From an uncultured cyanobacterium (lineage in GTDB: Bacteria; Cyanobacteriota; Cyanobacteriia; Phormidesmidales; Phormidesmidaceae): a DNA stretch of 64,000 nt. Of the stretch, positions 21,247 through 31,318 are shown piece by piece (position 1 is the first letter of the stretch; every line of letters begins with the position of its first letter). The stretch lies in contig CAWBZI010000005.1 in NCBI GenBank assembly GCA_963793265.1, positions 224,001 to 288,000 on the forward strand, read 5' to 3'. The notes beneath the pieces are model-generated. The model searched no databases. It was not told where the DNA came from and saw only the letters and a program-made list of their open reading frames with translations. The translations under genes were made by a program, and so were the position numbers.

Positions 21247-22419
21247 CTAGCCTACGGGAACTGTTTCAGGAACAGCTGCAAGCATAGCTTGGGTCTGCGC
21301 GCCTCTGAGCACAGGATCGTTCATGGCGCGCTGCGTGTACACTTCTGGGCTAAGTGCGATCGCCCGCCTCAAATGCTCCACTGCAAAATGCACATTCTTC
21401 AAAAACGCATAGCAGCGAGCCTGACGATAGAACGCAAAGGGCTGATCGGGCTCAATCGAAAGCGATTTATTGTAGGCGTCCACCGCCTGCTGATAATCGC
21501 CCATTTTTTCTAGCGACCAGCCCAAACTTAGCCAGCTTTTGTAGTCATAAGCCTGAAACTTCAGCGCTGTCTCAAAGCTATTGTGGGCCTCTGGGTAGCG
21601 GCGCATATTCATTAGGGCAAGTCCGCGATGATACCAGGAGCTAGAAACCGTAGGATCTATATCAACTGCCTGATCAAAGCAAGCTAGGGCCTCGTGATAT
21701 CGGCCTAATCGCTTTAGCAAAAATCCTTTATATGTCCAGTTAAGATACTGATCGGGAGCCAGTTTGATTGCCTTTTCAAACTGCCTAATGGCGGCTTCGT
21801 CTTTTTTTTGATACATCAGAGCCTGGCCTAAGCTGCCCCATATTTTAGCGGCGTGTGGATTGAGTGCGATCGCCTTCTCCAGGCTCGCCACCGCCTCATC
21901 TAATCGCTTCAGCTTAATCAATACTTTGCCTCTACCGTACCAAAGCTCGTAAGCATCTTCTTTGGTCGCTAGCGCTTTTTCATAGCTCTCTAATGCTTCT
22001 TTGTAACGCGCAAGGCGATACAAATTTTTGCTTTTACCATACATAGCTTTGAAGTAGAAGGGGGATACTACCAGTGCGCGCTCAAAGTTTTCAACAGCTT
22101 CACTATAGTATCCCAGGCGCTCTAAAACCGTGCCGTAGTTATACCAAATGCGCGGCGCATCAGATTTGATATAAATAGCGCGAACATAAGCCCCCATCGC
22201 CTCAGGATATCTGCCTGCACGCGCTAGGAAATAGCTGATATAGCACCAAGCCATAAAGCTTTCAGGCACTTCATGAAGAACGCGCTCATATGTATGAATT
22301 TTCTGTGTGAAGTTAACGTCTGCGGCAACTGAAAAGACACCGCGAGCGTCTTCGTTGACTGGGGGTGTCTGTGTAGGTGAAATGTCTATGGTGGAAGCAT
22401 CGGCGGAGGCGTAATCCAT
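21247..22419 (-). CDS. TPR repeat protein
   Basis: About 10 TPR units (WYNYG..L, WYGRG..L, WYHRG..L); start at 22419 is uncertain. Confidence 0.88.
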   Translation of the reverse strand: MDYASADASTIDISPTQTPPVNEDARGVFSVAADVNFTQKIHTYERVLHEVPESFMAWCYISYFLARAGRYPEAMGAYVRAIYIKSDAPRIWYNYGTVLERLGYYSEAVENFERALVVSPFYFKAMYGKSKNLYRLARYKEALESYEKALATKEDAYELWYGRGKVLIKLKRLDEAVASLEKAIALNPHAAKIWGSLGQALMYQKKDEAAIRQFEKAIKLAPDQYLNWTYKGFLLKRLGRYHEALACFDQAVDIDPTVSSSWYHRGLALMNMRRYPEAHNSFETALKFQAYDYKSWLSLGWSLEKMGDYQQAVDAYNKSLSIEPDQPFAFYRQARCYAFLKNVHFAVEHLRRAIALSPEVYTQRAMNDPVLRGAQTQAMLAAVPETVPVG

Positions 22420-22751
22420 GACTGAAGCGGAATGGCTATAAGCCGTCAGTAAAGAGTAAGAATATTTAAGTAGAAACACTTAAGCAAGCCAGTACGTTTC
22501 CATACTCAGCTTCTTAATCTATTATCGGCAAAATATCTAAGAATGGCCTTCAAAAGCTCACGGATGAAACAGGTGTTTACTTCATTCATGAATTGACTAC
22601 GAATTGCCTATCTATTGTTCCAAAAGTCGCCGCATTTCATCTTTGTCTAGGCAAGTTAAGGTTGCCCGCCCTAAATTGCCGATCTGCCTTAAGCAGTTTG
22701 TGCCGGTGCGTGCTATTCTGCAAAATCAACATACATTCAGGTTTCTCCTCC

Positions 22752-22950
22752 TGTGGAAAACCCTGTGGAAAACTCTGCGGAAAGGCTGGACAAGAGTTCT
22801 GTTTGGGCCGTGATTGATAAGGCTTTTATAGTTTTAATTCCTGATGAAAAGTCTTACACCGAGAGGCTTACAGTGAATCTAGAGCAGCTCAGTGACAGTC
22901 CTGACTCACACAGGTCAATGCTTTTTCCACAGGTCAGAAAGTTTTCCCCA
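22752..22950. promoter_or_regulatory. Cluster of cyanobacterial-type DnaA boxes (TTTTCCACA)
   Basis: TGTGGAAAA at 22752 and 22764, TGCGGAAAG at 22776; TTTTCCACA at 22923 and TTTTCCCCA at 22942; AT-rich stretch between the two groups. Confidence 0.7.
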
Positions 22951-23033
22951 GTTTTTAGCCGAGGCAGTGATTCCACCAGTTCAGAAAGCTGTCAGTCAGT
23001 GACCTGAGACACAGCCAAGTGTCTTCTGTCTGG

Positions 23034-26000
23034 CTACAGCGCGAATATCTGTTTTAGTAGGCCGCCTTTGCCTGCTTTTCCGGTCACTAGCTGGTGCATC
23101 AGCTCATATTGCCACTGATACAAAGCGCTTTGTGAATGGGTAGCAAGGCTGCGAAGCTTACTAATTTGGTCGAGGCTAGAGGCTGCCTGACGACCTTTTC
23201 GGCTGAAGCATTTACTCATAGAATGCTCCCATTGGTCAAAAAACTGAGTTAGCAAGGCCCGATCCGCTTCTGAAACTTGCCCATTCGCCTTCACTTTCAC
23301 AACACTCACGCTTGAGTTGGCGAGCGTTGGCGTCGCGTCTGATGATGAAAACTGCTTTGCTAGCTGTTCGGATGAGAAGGAGCGCCACTGGTCGGCTAGT
23401 AGCGGTGGCAGCATGTCTAAGCTGTACGGCTGATGGTCGATTAAGGGTATGCCGCCGATAGTCGTGATGCCTCGACCGCGCAAAAAGACGCTGAGATCTT
23501 TTATGAAGGGTGTGAGGGCTTCGCGCACGATGACTGAGCTGAGGCGATCGCCCGCTTCCGAATAATCCACGATATGAGCATCTGGCCCACTTGTATGGCT
23601 CGTTCGATAGTGGTTATAAGCAGCTTGCAAATCTTTTTGACTATCGGGCTGTAGGCAAGACCAAACGCCATCGCCTACGTCAGCTCGGACTGCGGCTTTT
23701 AGTGCCACATCATCAGAAACAGCCTTTGTCTGCACCTGCATTTGCTCTATATGGGCTTCTTTGCCCTGAATTGTATCTTCTTGAGCCGCTAGCTCAGTTT
23801 TTAAGGTGGCAAACGCCTGCTGCTTTTCGACAGAAAGCTGCGCAATCTTTTCTTCTAGCAGCTCAATTTGCGCCTTCATCATGACGATCTGCGCGTCCTT
23901 TTCTTCTAGCAGCTCATCTTTTTTAATCAATAGCTGCGTTTTTTGCTTTACTTCCAAGGCGCTCAGTCCAGCGCGAATGAGATTGAAGTATTTTGCATTG
24001 GTAATATCTACTGGCGTAGGCGGTTGCTCTGGTAAGTACAAAAAGCCCTGGCGATCGCTCATCTGCACCAATAGCAAATGGCCTTCATTATTTTGAATAC
24101 TCAGCCGTTGCTCGCCGCTTTCTCTTTCTAGCATTCCTTCGTAGCGCCGACTGCTGTGATAAAACTCTACGCGCAATGAATCTTCTTCAATAAGATACGG
24201 AGGAATAGGCGTTGCTACGTCAGCGCGATCTGTTGGAGAACGTTTGAGAGAAGACTTCGCTTGCAATGAAGAAGATTCATCGAGAGATGCTTTGTTCTCT
24301 AACTCTTTTTGAAGATTAAGCGCGATTTCTTTGGCGACTTTCGCGGGCGTGCTGATAGTCTCCGTAGCCGTCTTTTGAGCTAGATCGGCTGTTTTCTCTT
24401 TAGCTATCTTCGCGATATCTAAAGTGTCTACTGCGTTTGCCGACCAGGGACGAATGCCATCATCTGGTTGCTCATTGACTTGCGCCGCGCGAACGCCAAC
24501 TAGCTCCAGCTCTACATTGCTTTGGCCGCGCCACTCGTTGAGTCGGAGCTTATAGGCAATGTCAAGATCTCTGGGGAGCGGATAGTATTGCCCCCATCGC
24601 CAGGCGATCGCCTTCATCACCACCGGCTCTGCTTCTCCCTCAGCCAAATGCTTTAGCGTCAGCTTCAAGTGACTGTTGGTTTTACCAATCACTTTTTGCT
24701 CAACCACTGTCGCATTTGCCGTCCAAAACACCGGGTCAGGGTTTTCGATACCACAGGGATGAATGCGATCAATTTGCGAATATAGCTCTAGATTGGCATC
24801 AGCAAGTTCAGCTTCAACATCAGCAGTCACCAGTGGCTTAAGATGTTCAGGCTGAAGATGCTTGCAGGCAAAGTTTTTAAGCCGCGCTTTTACCTGTCGC
24901 AGCTTATTTACATCAAAAGAAAAGCCACCTGCCGCCCGATGTCCGCCATATCTATCTAGCAAATCGTCGCAAAACTGCAGCGCTTCAAACACATTGAATT
25001 CAGGAATGCTGCGAGCCGATCCTCGAATTTCCTTTTGAGCTTTATCTTCGTAGGTGCCAATAAAAACCGGCACGCCATACCGCTCTACCAGGCGAGAAGC
25101 CACAATGCCAATCACGCCATGGTGCCACTCCGGCTGAACCACCACCAGCACTCGCTCTTGGCTCAGCTCAAGCAAGCCTTGCGCCTGCTGATCTTCAACC
25201 CAGTCCACAGCCTGCGCTTCAATAACTTCGCACATTTGGCGACGCAGCTTATTAGCTTCTTCGCACTGCATTGCCCGCTGCAAGGCCACGCCAATATCGT
25301 CCGTTGTCAGCAGATCAATCACAATTTGCGGATCGGCAATCCGGCCTACAGCGTTAATCCGAGGCCCTAGTCGAAACCCAATCGCCTCAGGCTTTAGCGC
25401 ACTATCTTCGCTCAGGCCCGCGACTTCAATCAGCGCCTGCACACCCGGAATCTGAGATTTGGGCAGCAGCTTCAGGCCGCGCTTTACCCAGCGCCGATTC
25501 ACGCCTGTAAGCGGAGCCAAATCGGCAATGGTGCCCAGCGTGAAGAGGGCGAGCAAAGTTGCCGTCAGGTCTTGCATTTTGTCTAGGCGCTGAGCCAGAC
25601 ACACGGCCAAAATGTAAGCGACGCCGACACCTGCAACCCCTCTGTAGGGAGAGTCTTCTCGAATGAGCTTGGGGTTGAGAATGGCGTTGGCGGGCGGGAT
25701 TCTTTGAGGGACTTCGTGGTGGTCGGTGAGGATGACGGTGAGGCCGAGTTCGCGGGCACGGGCGACGGGATCGTAGGCGGCGATGCCGTTGTCAACGGTG
25801 AGGATGATGGAGCCGCCGCTGGCGTGGAATTCTTCGACGATGCGTGTGTTGATGCCATAGCCTTCGTCCATTCTGCTGGGGATGGCGTAGTCTACCTGGC
25901 CTTTGAGGTAGCGTAGGCTGCGCATGAGCAAAGCTGTGCTGGTCATGCCGTCGGCGTCGTAGTCGCCGCAGATGAGTATTTTTCTTTGGGCTGCGATCGC

Positions 26001-26270
26001 CTCCACCAGCAAATCCAGAGTTTTGTGGAGATCTGGGAACTCGTCTAGTGGGGAAGGCAACAGCAGCGTTTCAGGGTCTAGAAATTCCCAGGCTTGTTCA
26101 GGGGTGTAGATACCTCGGTTGATCAAGACCTGGGAGAGTAGCGGAGAAAGGGCGGTGGCCTGAGAAATTTGCTGGGCCTGGGCCTTTTGCGCAGGAAAAA
26201 TTTGCCACCGTTGAGGCGGGATCTGTCGTTTGGTGGGCCGTTCAGTTTTGGGGACGGGCTTGTCGGGCAC
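23034..26270 (-). CDS. recJ: ssDNA exonuclease RecJ with a long C-terminal extension (coiled coil plus HEPN-like domain)
   Basis: GDYDADG, TVDNG, TDHH, GTIAD, PRINAVGR, GGHRAAGG and OB fold in the first ~595 aa, then ~480 extra aa. Confidence 0.95.
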   Translation of the reverse strand: MPDKPVPKTERPTKRQIPPQRWQIFPAQKAQAQQISQATALSPLLSQVLINRGIYTPEQAWEFLDPETLLLPSPLDEFPDLHKTLDLLVEAIAAQRKILICGDYDADGMTSTALLMRSLRYLKGQVDYAIPSRMDEGYGINTRIVEEFHASGGSIILTVDNGIAAYDPVARARELGLTVILTDHHEVPQRIPPANAILNPKLIREDSPYRGVAGVGVAYILAVCLAQRLDKMQDLTATLLALFTLGTIADLAPLTGVNRRWVKRGLKLLPKSQIPGVQALIEVAGLSEDSALKPEAIGFRLGPRINAVGRIADPQIVIDLLTTDDIGVALQRAMQCEEANKLRRQMCEVIEAQAVDWVEDQQAQGLLELSQERVLVVVQPEWHHGVIGIVASRLVERYGVPVFIGTYEDKAQKEIRGSARSIPEFNVFEALQFCDDLLDRYGGHRAAGGFSFDVNKLRQVKARLKNFACKHLQPEHLKPLVTADVEAELADANLELYSQIDRIHPCGIENPDPVFWTANATVVEQKVIGKTNSHLKLTLKHLAEGEAEPVVMKAIAWRWGQYYPLPRDLDIAYKLRLNEWRGQSNVELELVGVRAAQVNEQPDDGIRPWSANAVDTLDIAKIAKEKTADLAQKTATETISTPAKVAKEIALNLQKELENKASLDESSSLQAKSSLKRSPTDRADVATPIPPYLIEEDSLRVEFYHSSRRYEGMLERESGEQRLSIQNNEGHLLLVQMSDRQGFLYLPEQPPTPVDITNAKYFNLIRAGLSALEVKQKTQLLIKKDELLEEKDAQIVMMKAQIELLEEKIAQLSVEKQQAFATLKTELAAQEDTIQGKEAHIEQMQVQTKAVSDDVALKAAVRADVGDGVWSCLQPDSQKDLQAAYNHYRTSHTSGPDAHIVDYSEAGDRLSSVIVREALTPFIKDLSVFLRGRGITTIGGIPLIDHQPYSLDMLPPLLADQWRSFSSEQLAKQFSSSDATPTLANSSVSVVKVKANGQVSEADRALLTQFFDQWEHSMSKCFSRKGRQAASSLDQISKLRSLATHSQSALYQWQYELMHQLVTGKAGKGGLLKQIFAL

Positions 26271-26442
26271 GGCGGATTAATCGCTAGCTCAAAGCACTAT
26301 AGCGCTGACCCAAGCTTTTAGAACATCCGGCAGACCCTACTTTCGTTTACACAAAAGAGTTAGGGACTGCTGCTGATGTTCTACCAAGCTTCAAGTCAGC
26401 GCTAGTAGTTCGTTTGACCTAATGATAGTAGATGTCGCCCGA

Positions 26443-26913
26443 TTAATACACCAGTACTCGTCCATCGTTTGAAACATGTACAGCCCGGTCGCTATCAAAG
26501 CCGCTTGGCAGTAGCTCAACCTGCAATGTCTCTGCATCAGGACGATGAAGCACCGCGTTCACAGACCTATTGTTCTCATCCCAGAACACCATGGACATAT
26601 CGTCATCAGCACCTACTAGCGTGCTGATCGTAAAGTCACTATCGGGGCGCAGCCAGTGCATGTCAATATCAAGCACCCGCTCTAGATTGACTAAACCGTT
26701 GGTGTTGTTGATGAATTTAATATTGATGGGCTGACCAGGGACGAATCGGATTTGGTTGGATTCGCACTGGTAGGTGCAGGGCTCAGCTTCGGCAGTATTA
26801 GCGGTGCCTAATGTAAGCGTAAGGGGAAGGACAGTAAAGGCGATCGCTCTGACGTACTGAGACAGCTTTTCTCGCGAAAACCAACCGAAAAACTGTTGAG
26901 AGGCGTTAGTCAT
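26443..26913 (-). CDS. Exported hypothetical protein
   Basis: Signal-like N-terminus ending AEA, CxxxC, IRFVPGQPI, C-terminal DGRVLVY. Confidence 0.75.
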   Translation of the reverse strand: MTNASQQFFGWFSREKLSQYVRAIAFTVLPLTLTLGTANTAEAEPCTYQCESNQIRFVPGQPINIKFINNTNGLVNLERVLDIDMHWLRPDSDFTISTLVGADDDMSMVFWDENNRSVNAVLHRPDAETLQVELLPSGFDSDRAVHVSNDGRVLVY

Positions 26914-26997
26914 GAAGGAGTTTCCTTGGCCTTAGCGGCTGGCTCATCTGCTTACAGTTTGCCCGTCGTATAAGCAGATGGCCGTCCGTTAATGTGC

Positions 26998-29799
26998 CTA
27001 TATTCTCGACGTTTTGCGGGTAGGGCGTTTGCGCTTGAGGAAGATGAGAGCGATCGCACCTACTGCAATACTCAACACCTGACCCGGCTCAGGCACAGAC
27101 GCCGCCAGTGGATTACCCGGATTAGTCAAGTCGTCTTGACCGTCTTCAACTTCTCGATTGAATCTATCCTCACCAGCTTCAGCCGCTTTTAACAGCTCTC
27201 TTTGTCGTTCGTCTACGAGCACCAGCATAGAGGAGTAAGGCGTGACAATGCCTGTCCGTTTGGCGATAGCATGCACCGCATCTAGAGCAGAAACTTGAGT
27301 CGTATCGAGCGTGCGGCTTTGTTGGTAGATGAGCTGACGAGCAGCAATCGCTTCCAAAGGCTTCTGTTCCTCATTCTTCCGAGGTTCCGTAGTCTGTTCT
27401 TCTTTTGTATCAGACTTAATCTTCCAGGTATAGCCATCCAATGCAATTTCATCTTTCGAGGCGATCGCAATTCTCTGTAAAGTCGAAGTCACCGATGTAT
27501 CTACACCACCCTGACTCGCCTGCAACTTTTGCAGCAGTCCATCCTCATACGCTGACGGCACTTGCCCGCCAACGTGCACCATCCACAGCGGCGCACCTAT
27601 GTCGGGCAGCTCCGCTTCACTTTTAGCCAGCTCATAAGAGCCTTCATCTGTGAGTAGTAAAATCGCATCATAGGATTTGTTCTCTCGCAGCGTCGCAAAC
27701 TGTTGCAGCATTTCTGCTGGCTGCAAGCTACCGTAAAATGAAATATCCTGTATGTCTATTATCTGAGTCGCTAGGGCTGCGGGTTGATTGAAGGCTGTGA
27801 GGTAGAAGTCCAGCGTGTTTTTGTTTGCGATCGCACCCAGTTCATCAACAGCCTGCTTCAGCCCCTCTGAATGCTCGCCCATGCTATAGGAGCTATCGAT
27901 AATGACCGCTAGTTTTTGGTCGGTAAGCAGTGTCTTGTCTTGTTTTGTAATTGGCTCTGCTGTGACGTTATAGCCCTCAGCTAGCTTAACCGTATGCGCT
28001 TTTGGCTGAGCCTTTTTAGCAGGTAAAGCTGCTTCAAACCATTCTACTTCAGTCAGAGAAACCCTCTTTTTTCCTCTAGTATGAGCCGTCTCATCCGTCC
28101 AAAAGATATTGCGTTTTTCAGTAAGCTGAGGCAGCGGCCACCCACCGTTTTGCTGCATCACTTGATAGGTCATTACTAAATGCAGTTTGCCGGGCGTACG
28201 TCTGGTTGTTCTATCAGGTGCATCTGCAGACAGTGCTGCCGCTGGAATCGGAAACACGCGCAGGCGATACTGTCTTGGCCCCACTTGCTCTAGCAGCGCC
28301 GGGTCAGTCGCCGCCTGAAACTTGGCGCGCTCCACTTCACCGTTGTACACCTGCTGCGCTGCGCCCCGAGGCGATACCACAAAAGGAAACAGGTTTATGT
28401 TGTCATCATCACCTAGCCACAGCCCTGTAATAGCTGCGCTTTCAGGCAGTGAAAAGGAATAAAAGATCTCCTGGTCTTCAGTCGTGGGATTCTCGTACTC
28501 TTCATGAATTTCTACTGTCGCCCAGTCGCCTCGTTCAGTCACCGAGACATTTTGACTAGCTAAACGAACAACCTTTTGATCTAGATTCAGCAGTCCTGCT
28601 TTAGTTTCGTCGCGGTTGGCTGTCGCTCGCAGCGCCTCACGAATAGCCGGGCGCTCTGCCTTTTGGATGGGCACATCAAAAAACTGTGCGTAGAGTTCGG
28701 CAGATCTTTCTACGTCGCGGTCTGCACCTTTGTACAAAAAGGGTGAGAGCAGTCCGTTATGGATGTTTTGAAAGAACCATGCGCTGCTTGCGGGCATGTT
28801 GAAAGCGTTGTCGTAAAGCTCTACGAGCGCGGCGCTTCGTGACCATGGGCTCAAGTAGCGATAGCGGTGTAAGTAGGCGTTTGTGAGTCCGGCTTTGATC
28901 ACGTCTGCATTTTGTAGCTGCTGCTGGCGATCACCTGTCAATGCTACCGGCTCATTTCCCGCTACAAATTCAACGCTGCCCGCCTCAGTCAACATCCTAA
29001 AAGCGTCTACCTGAGGCTGCTGGTTCTGCAAGCTGATAAACAACAACGTGCTGATAGCAACTGTAGAACCCGTCACTATCCAGCTCTTTGACTGGCTGTA
29101 TTGGCTACCAAAGGCCGTGCGAATTCTAGCCCAGGCTCGCACATAAAAGTTGACTAGCATGTAAGGCATAGACACGAAAACCAACAGGGTTATACCCGAT
29201 AAAAACCCCATTATCCATACAAGTGGATGCACTATCATCAAGATATTACTGATCCATCTAAAGCTAAAGAGTTCAGCCGCTAGCGCCCGCCCAGAAATGA
29301 ATACAACCGGTAGCGTGTAGAGCAGTAAGAGTGACCCAGCATACAGACCCGCTAGCAATATGATGCTGTGGCCGAGCATTTGCGCCATTGCCAGGCGCGG
29401 GCGATAGGCTGAGTAGCCTGTAAGAAGCTCGATGGCAAAAATTGCGATCGCGACCACCCCCAGTCCCAACGTAAAACCGCTAGCCACCGTCAGCTCACGA
29501 ATCAGAAACATCCGCAGCAAGCACAGTGTAAACAGCGGTGCTTCTACGCCATAGAACAGTCGCATCAGCAGAATAGGATACCTGCGCAATCGCAAAGCAC
29601 CGCCCAGCGTGCACACCAATGGCACAATCATCAATGCCATAAAGCTCACGGTAAAAGTGGGATCTATGTCCCCACTGCGCGCCGCTTGCCATAAGTCAGA
29701 TCCAAACTCTGGCAAGAACCAAAGATACATCAGACCGATAAAGGTCAAATTCCAAACCCAGAACACTAGATGAGAGCAGATGTGAAGAAGTTTCTTCAT
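26998..29799 (-). CDS. TIGR02921-type PEP-CTERM integral membrane protein (TM region + VIT + vWA-like)
   Basis: N-terminal TM bundle (FWVWNLTF, LFYGVEAP); VIT motifs (YSFSLPESAAITGLWLG, DPALLEQVGPRQYRLRVFPIP); MIDAS-like DSSYS; C-terminal VPEP-TM-KRKR. Confidence 0.88.
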   Translation of the reverse strand: MKKLLHICSHLVFWVWNLTFIGLMYLWFLPEFGSDLWQAARSGDIDPTFTVSFMALMIVPLVCTLGGALRLRRYPILLMRLFYGVEAPLFTLCLLRMFLIRELTVASGFTLGLGVVAIAIFAIELLTGYSAYRPRLAMAQMLGHSIILLAGLYAGSLLLLYTLPVVFISGRALAAELFSFRWISNILMIVHPLVWIMGFLSGITLLVFVSMPYMLVNFYVRAWARIRTAFGSQYSQSKSWIVTGSTVAISTLLFISLQNQQPQVDAFRMLTEAGSVEFVAGNEPVALTGDRQQQLQNADVIKAGLTNAYLHRYRYLSPWSRSAALVELYDNAFNMPASSAWFFQNIHNGLLSPFLYKGADRDVERSAELYAQFFDVPIQKAERPAIREALRATANRDETKAGLLNLDQKVVRLASQNVSVTERGDWATVEIHEEYENPTTEDQEIFYSFSLPESAAITGLWLGDDDNINLFPFVVSPRGAAQQVYNGEVERAKFQAATDPALLEQVGPRQYRLRVFPIPAAALSADAPDRTTRRTPGKLHLVMTYQVMQQNGGWPLPQLTEKRNIFWTDETAHTRGKKRVSLTEVEWFEAALPAKKAQPKAHTVKLAEGYNVTAEPITKQDKTLLTDQKLAVIIDSSYSMGEHSEGLKQAVDELGAIANKNTLDFYLTAFNQPAALATQIIDIQDISFYGSLQPAEMLQQFATLRENKSYDAILLLTDEGSYELAKSEAELPDIGAPLWMVHVGGQVPSAYEDGLLQKLQASQGGVDTSVTSTLQRIAIASKDEIALDGYTWKIKSDTKEEQTTEPRKNEEQKPLEAIAARQLIYQQSRTLDTTQVSALDAVHAIAKRTGIVTPYSSMLVLVDERQRELLKAAEAGEDRFNREVEDGQDDLTNPGNPLAASVPEPGQVLSIAVGAIALIFLKRKRPTRKTSRI

Positions 29800-30225
29800 A
29801 AGAGTTATAAGATAGGACTCAATGAAATAGAGAGCGGTTTGCGCGTAGATACGGTCACAGGCTAAGCATTAAGCCGTAGATTGTATAAGCTGAATGTGAC
29901 AACACAAAGAGAGTTAGGTTTTCCAGAAAAGGCTTTCGCTCTGTGTATCAATACGAACGTTAAGCATCAACGAGGGTGCGCTTCTTCACGTAGATAAAAG
30001 TTACGTAAAACGACTCAATTTACAGGCTCTTACTGTGAAGAAGTCTTGCGAAAAGGCTGTGGTCTAAACGATTCCTTTAAATTCCTGTCTTAATACGATG
30101 AACCTACCCACTACTAATAGTGATTTGGTAACTCGAACAGTGAACAATGATAGGGAGCTGTGTTCGACGTTAGAAGCGTCAGCGCTGAGCCTCCTATCAT
30201 AAAAACTATTAGAGTCACTGGTTCT

Positions 30226-31296
30226 ATGGCAGATGGTGTATATATCCTGGCTAACGATGTTGTCCTCGATCAACTAATTGCGTTAATTAACAGTATTGAA
30301 CGAAACATCAATAGCAACCTGCCGATTTGTGTCGTGCCTTACGACGACAATACGCAGCTCGCCAGAACCGCAACTCAACGCTACGAGCAGGTTCAGTGGT
30401 TTGATGACGAGGCACTTCTTAATAAGTGGGAAACGTTTGCAGCTCAAATTTGGCAGGCTCACCCCACCGCTTTTGACGTATGGGCTCAGCGGGGAGTTCA
30501 AGGCGTCAACCGAATGGGAATGCATCGGCGCTTTTGCTGCTTTGATGGCCCCTTTGATCGGTTCATCTATTTAGATGCTGATATTTTAGTGATGGATTCG
30601 CTCGACTTACTCTTCAATAGTTTAGGCGACAGCGATTTTGTTACCTACGACTTTCAGTACAAAGACCTCAGTCATGTCTTTGATGTGAATGCGTTTGGCC
30701 TAGCCGATGTGTTTGAGCGCGATCGCCTCGAAACCGAAATCTTTTGCGCCGGTCTGTATGCCTCTAAAAAAGGCATTTTTACAGACCAAATGCTGGCTGA
30801 ACTGCTGAGCCAACTACAGGCAGGCGATGCCGACATTCTGTACGCCAACGGCCCTGACCAGTCCATTTTGAACTACATGGTGATGAAATCAGGTATCAAG
30901 GCGACTAACCTCGCAAGAACCTTGCCCACCGAAAGTCGCACAGGCTGCTGCGTGACTTCGCCACACTTTGAAGAGCGCGATCGCGTTTTATTCGACAACC
31001 AAACGCGACTCATTTATCTTCACTACATCGGCGTCGGCTCACGATTCTTTAGCCGTCTGTGCGCGGGCGAGAATATTCTCTTTCCCTATCGAGACTTGTT
31101 TTTGCACTACCGCTACTTAAGCGAGCAATCTCAGCCTCAGCTTACAGGCCCTGCTATAGACTACATGCAGCCTGTGCTAACAACCCGTCAAAAAGTAGGC
31201 CGTAAGGTTCGTAGCGTCATGGCTGCTTTCAAAAAGCCAGCGGCGATTCCAGAGGTGCTAGCGCCTGAAGCATCGACAGTCCCTAAAAACGTCTAA
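30226..31296 (+). CDS. Npun_R2821/R2822-family GT-A glycosyltransferase-like protein
   Basis: GVYILAND...LIALINSIE, YLDAD (DxD), DQSILNY, YLHYIG. Confidence 0.82.
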   Translation: MADGVYILANDVVLDQLIALINSIERNINSNLPICVVPYDDNTQLARTATQRYEQVQWFDDEALLNKWETFAAQIWQAHPTAFDVWAQRGVQGVNRMGMHRRFCCFDGPFDRFIYLDADILVMDSLDLLFNSLGDSDFVTYDFQYKDLSHVFDVNAFGLADVFERDRLETEIFCAGLYASKKGIFTDQMLAELLSQLQAGDADILYANGPDQSILNYMVMKSGIKATNLARTLPTESRTGCCVTSPHFEERDRVLFDNQTRLIYLHYIGVGSRFFSRLCAGENILFPYRDLFLHYRYLSEQSQPQLTGPAIDYMQPVLTTRQKVGRKVRSVMAAFKKPAAIPEVLAPEASTVPKNV

Positions 31297-31318
31297 AGGT
31301 TCGCCACAGCCAGACAGG

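Noticed and set aside
22593..23007. Three overlapping short ORFs (e.g. MENPVENSAE..., ...LWKTLWKTLRK...)
   Set aside because: Their repetitive peptides are translations of the DnaA-box array; no RBS or family motif.
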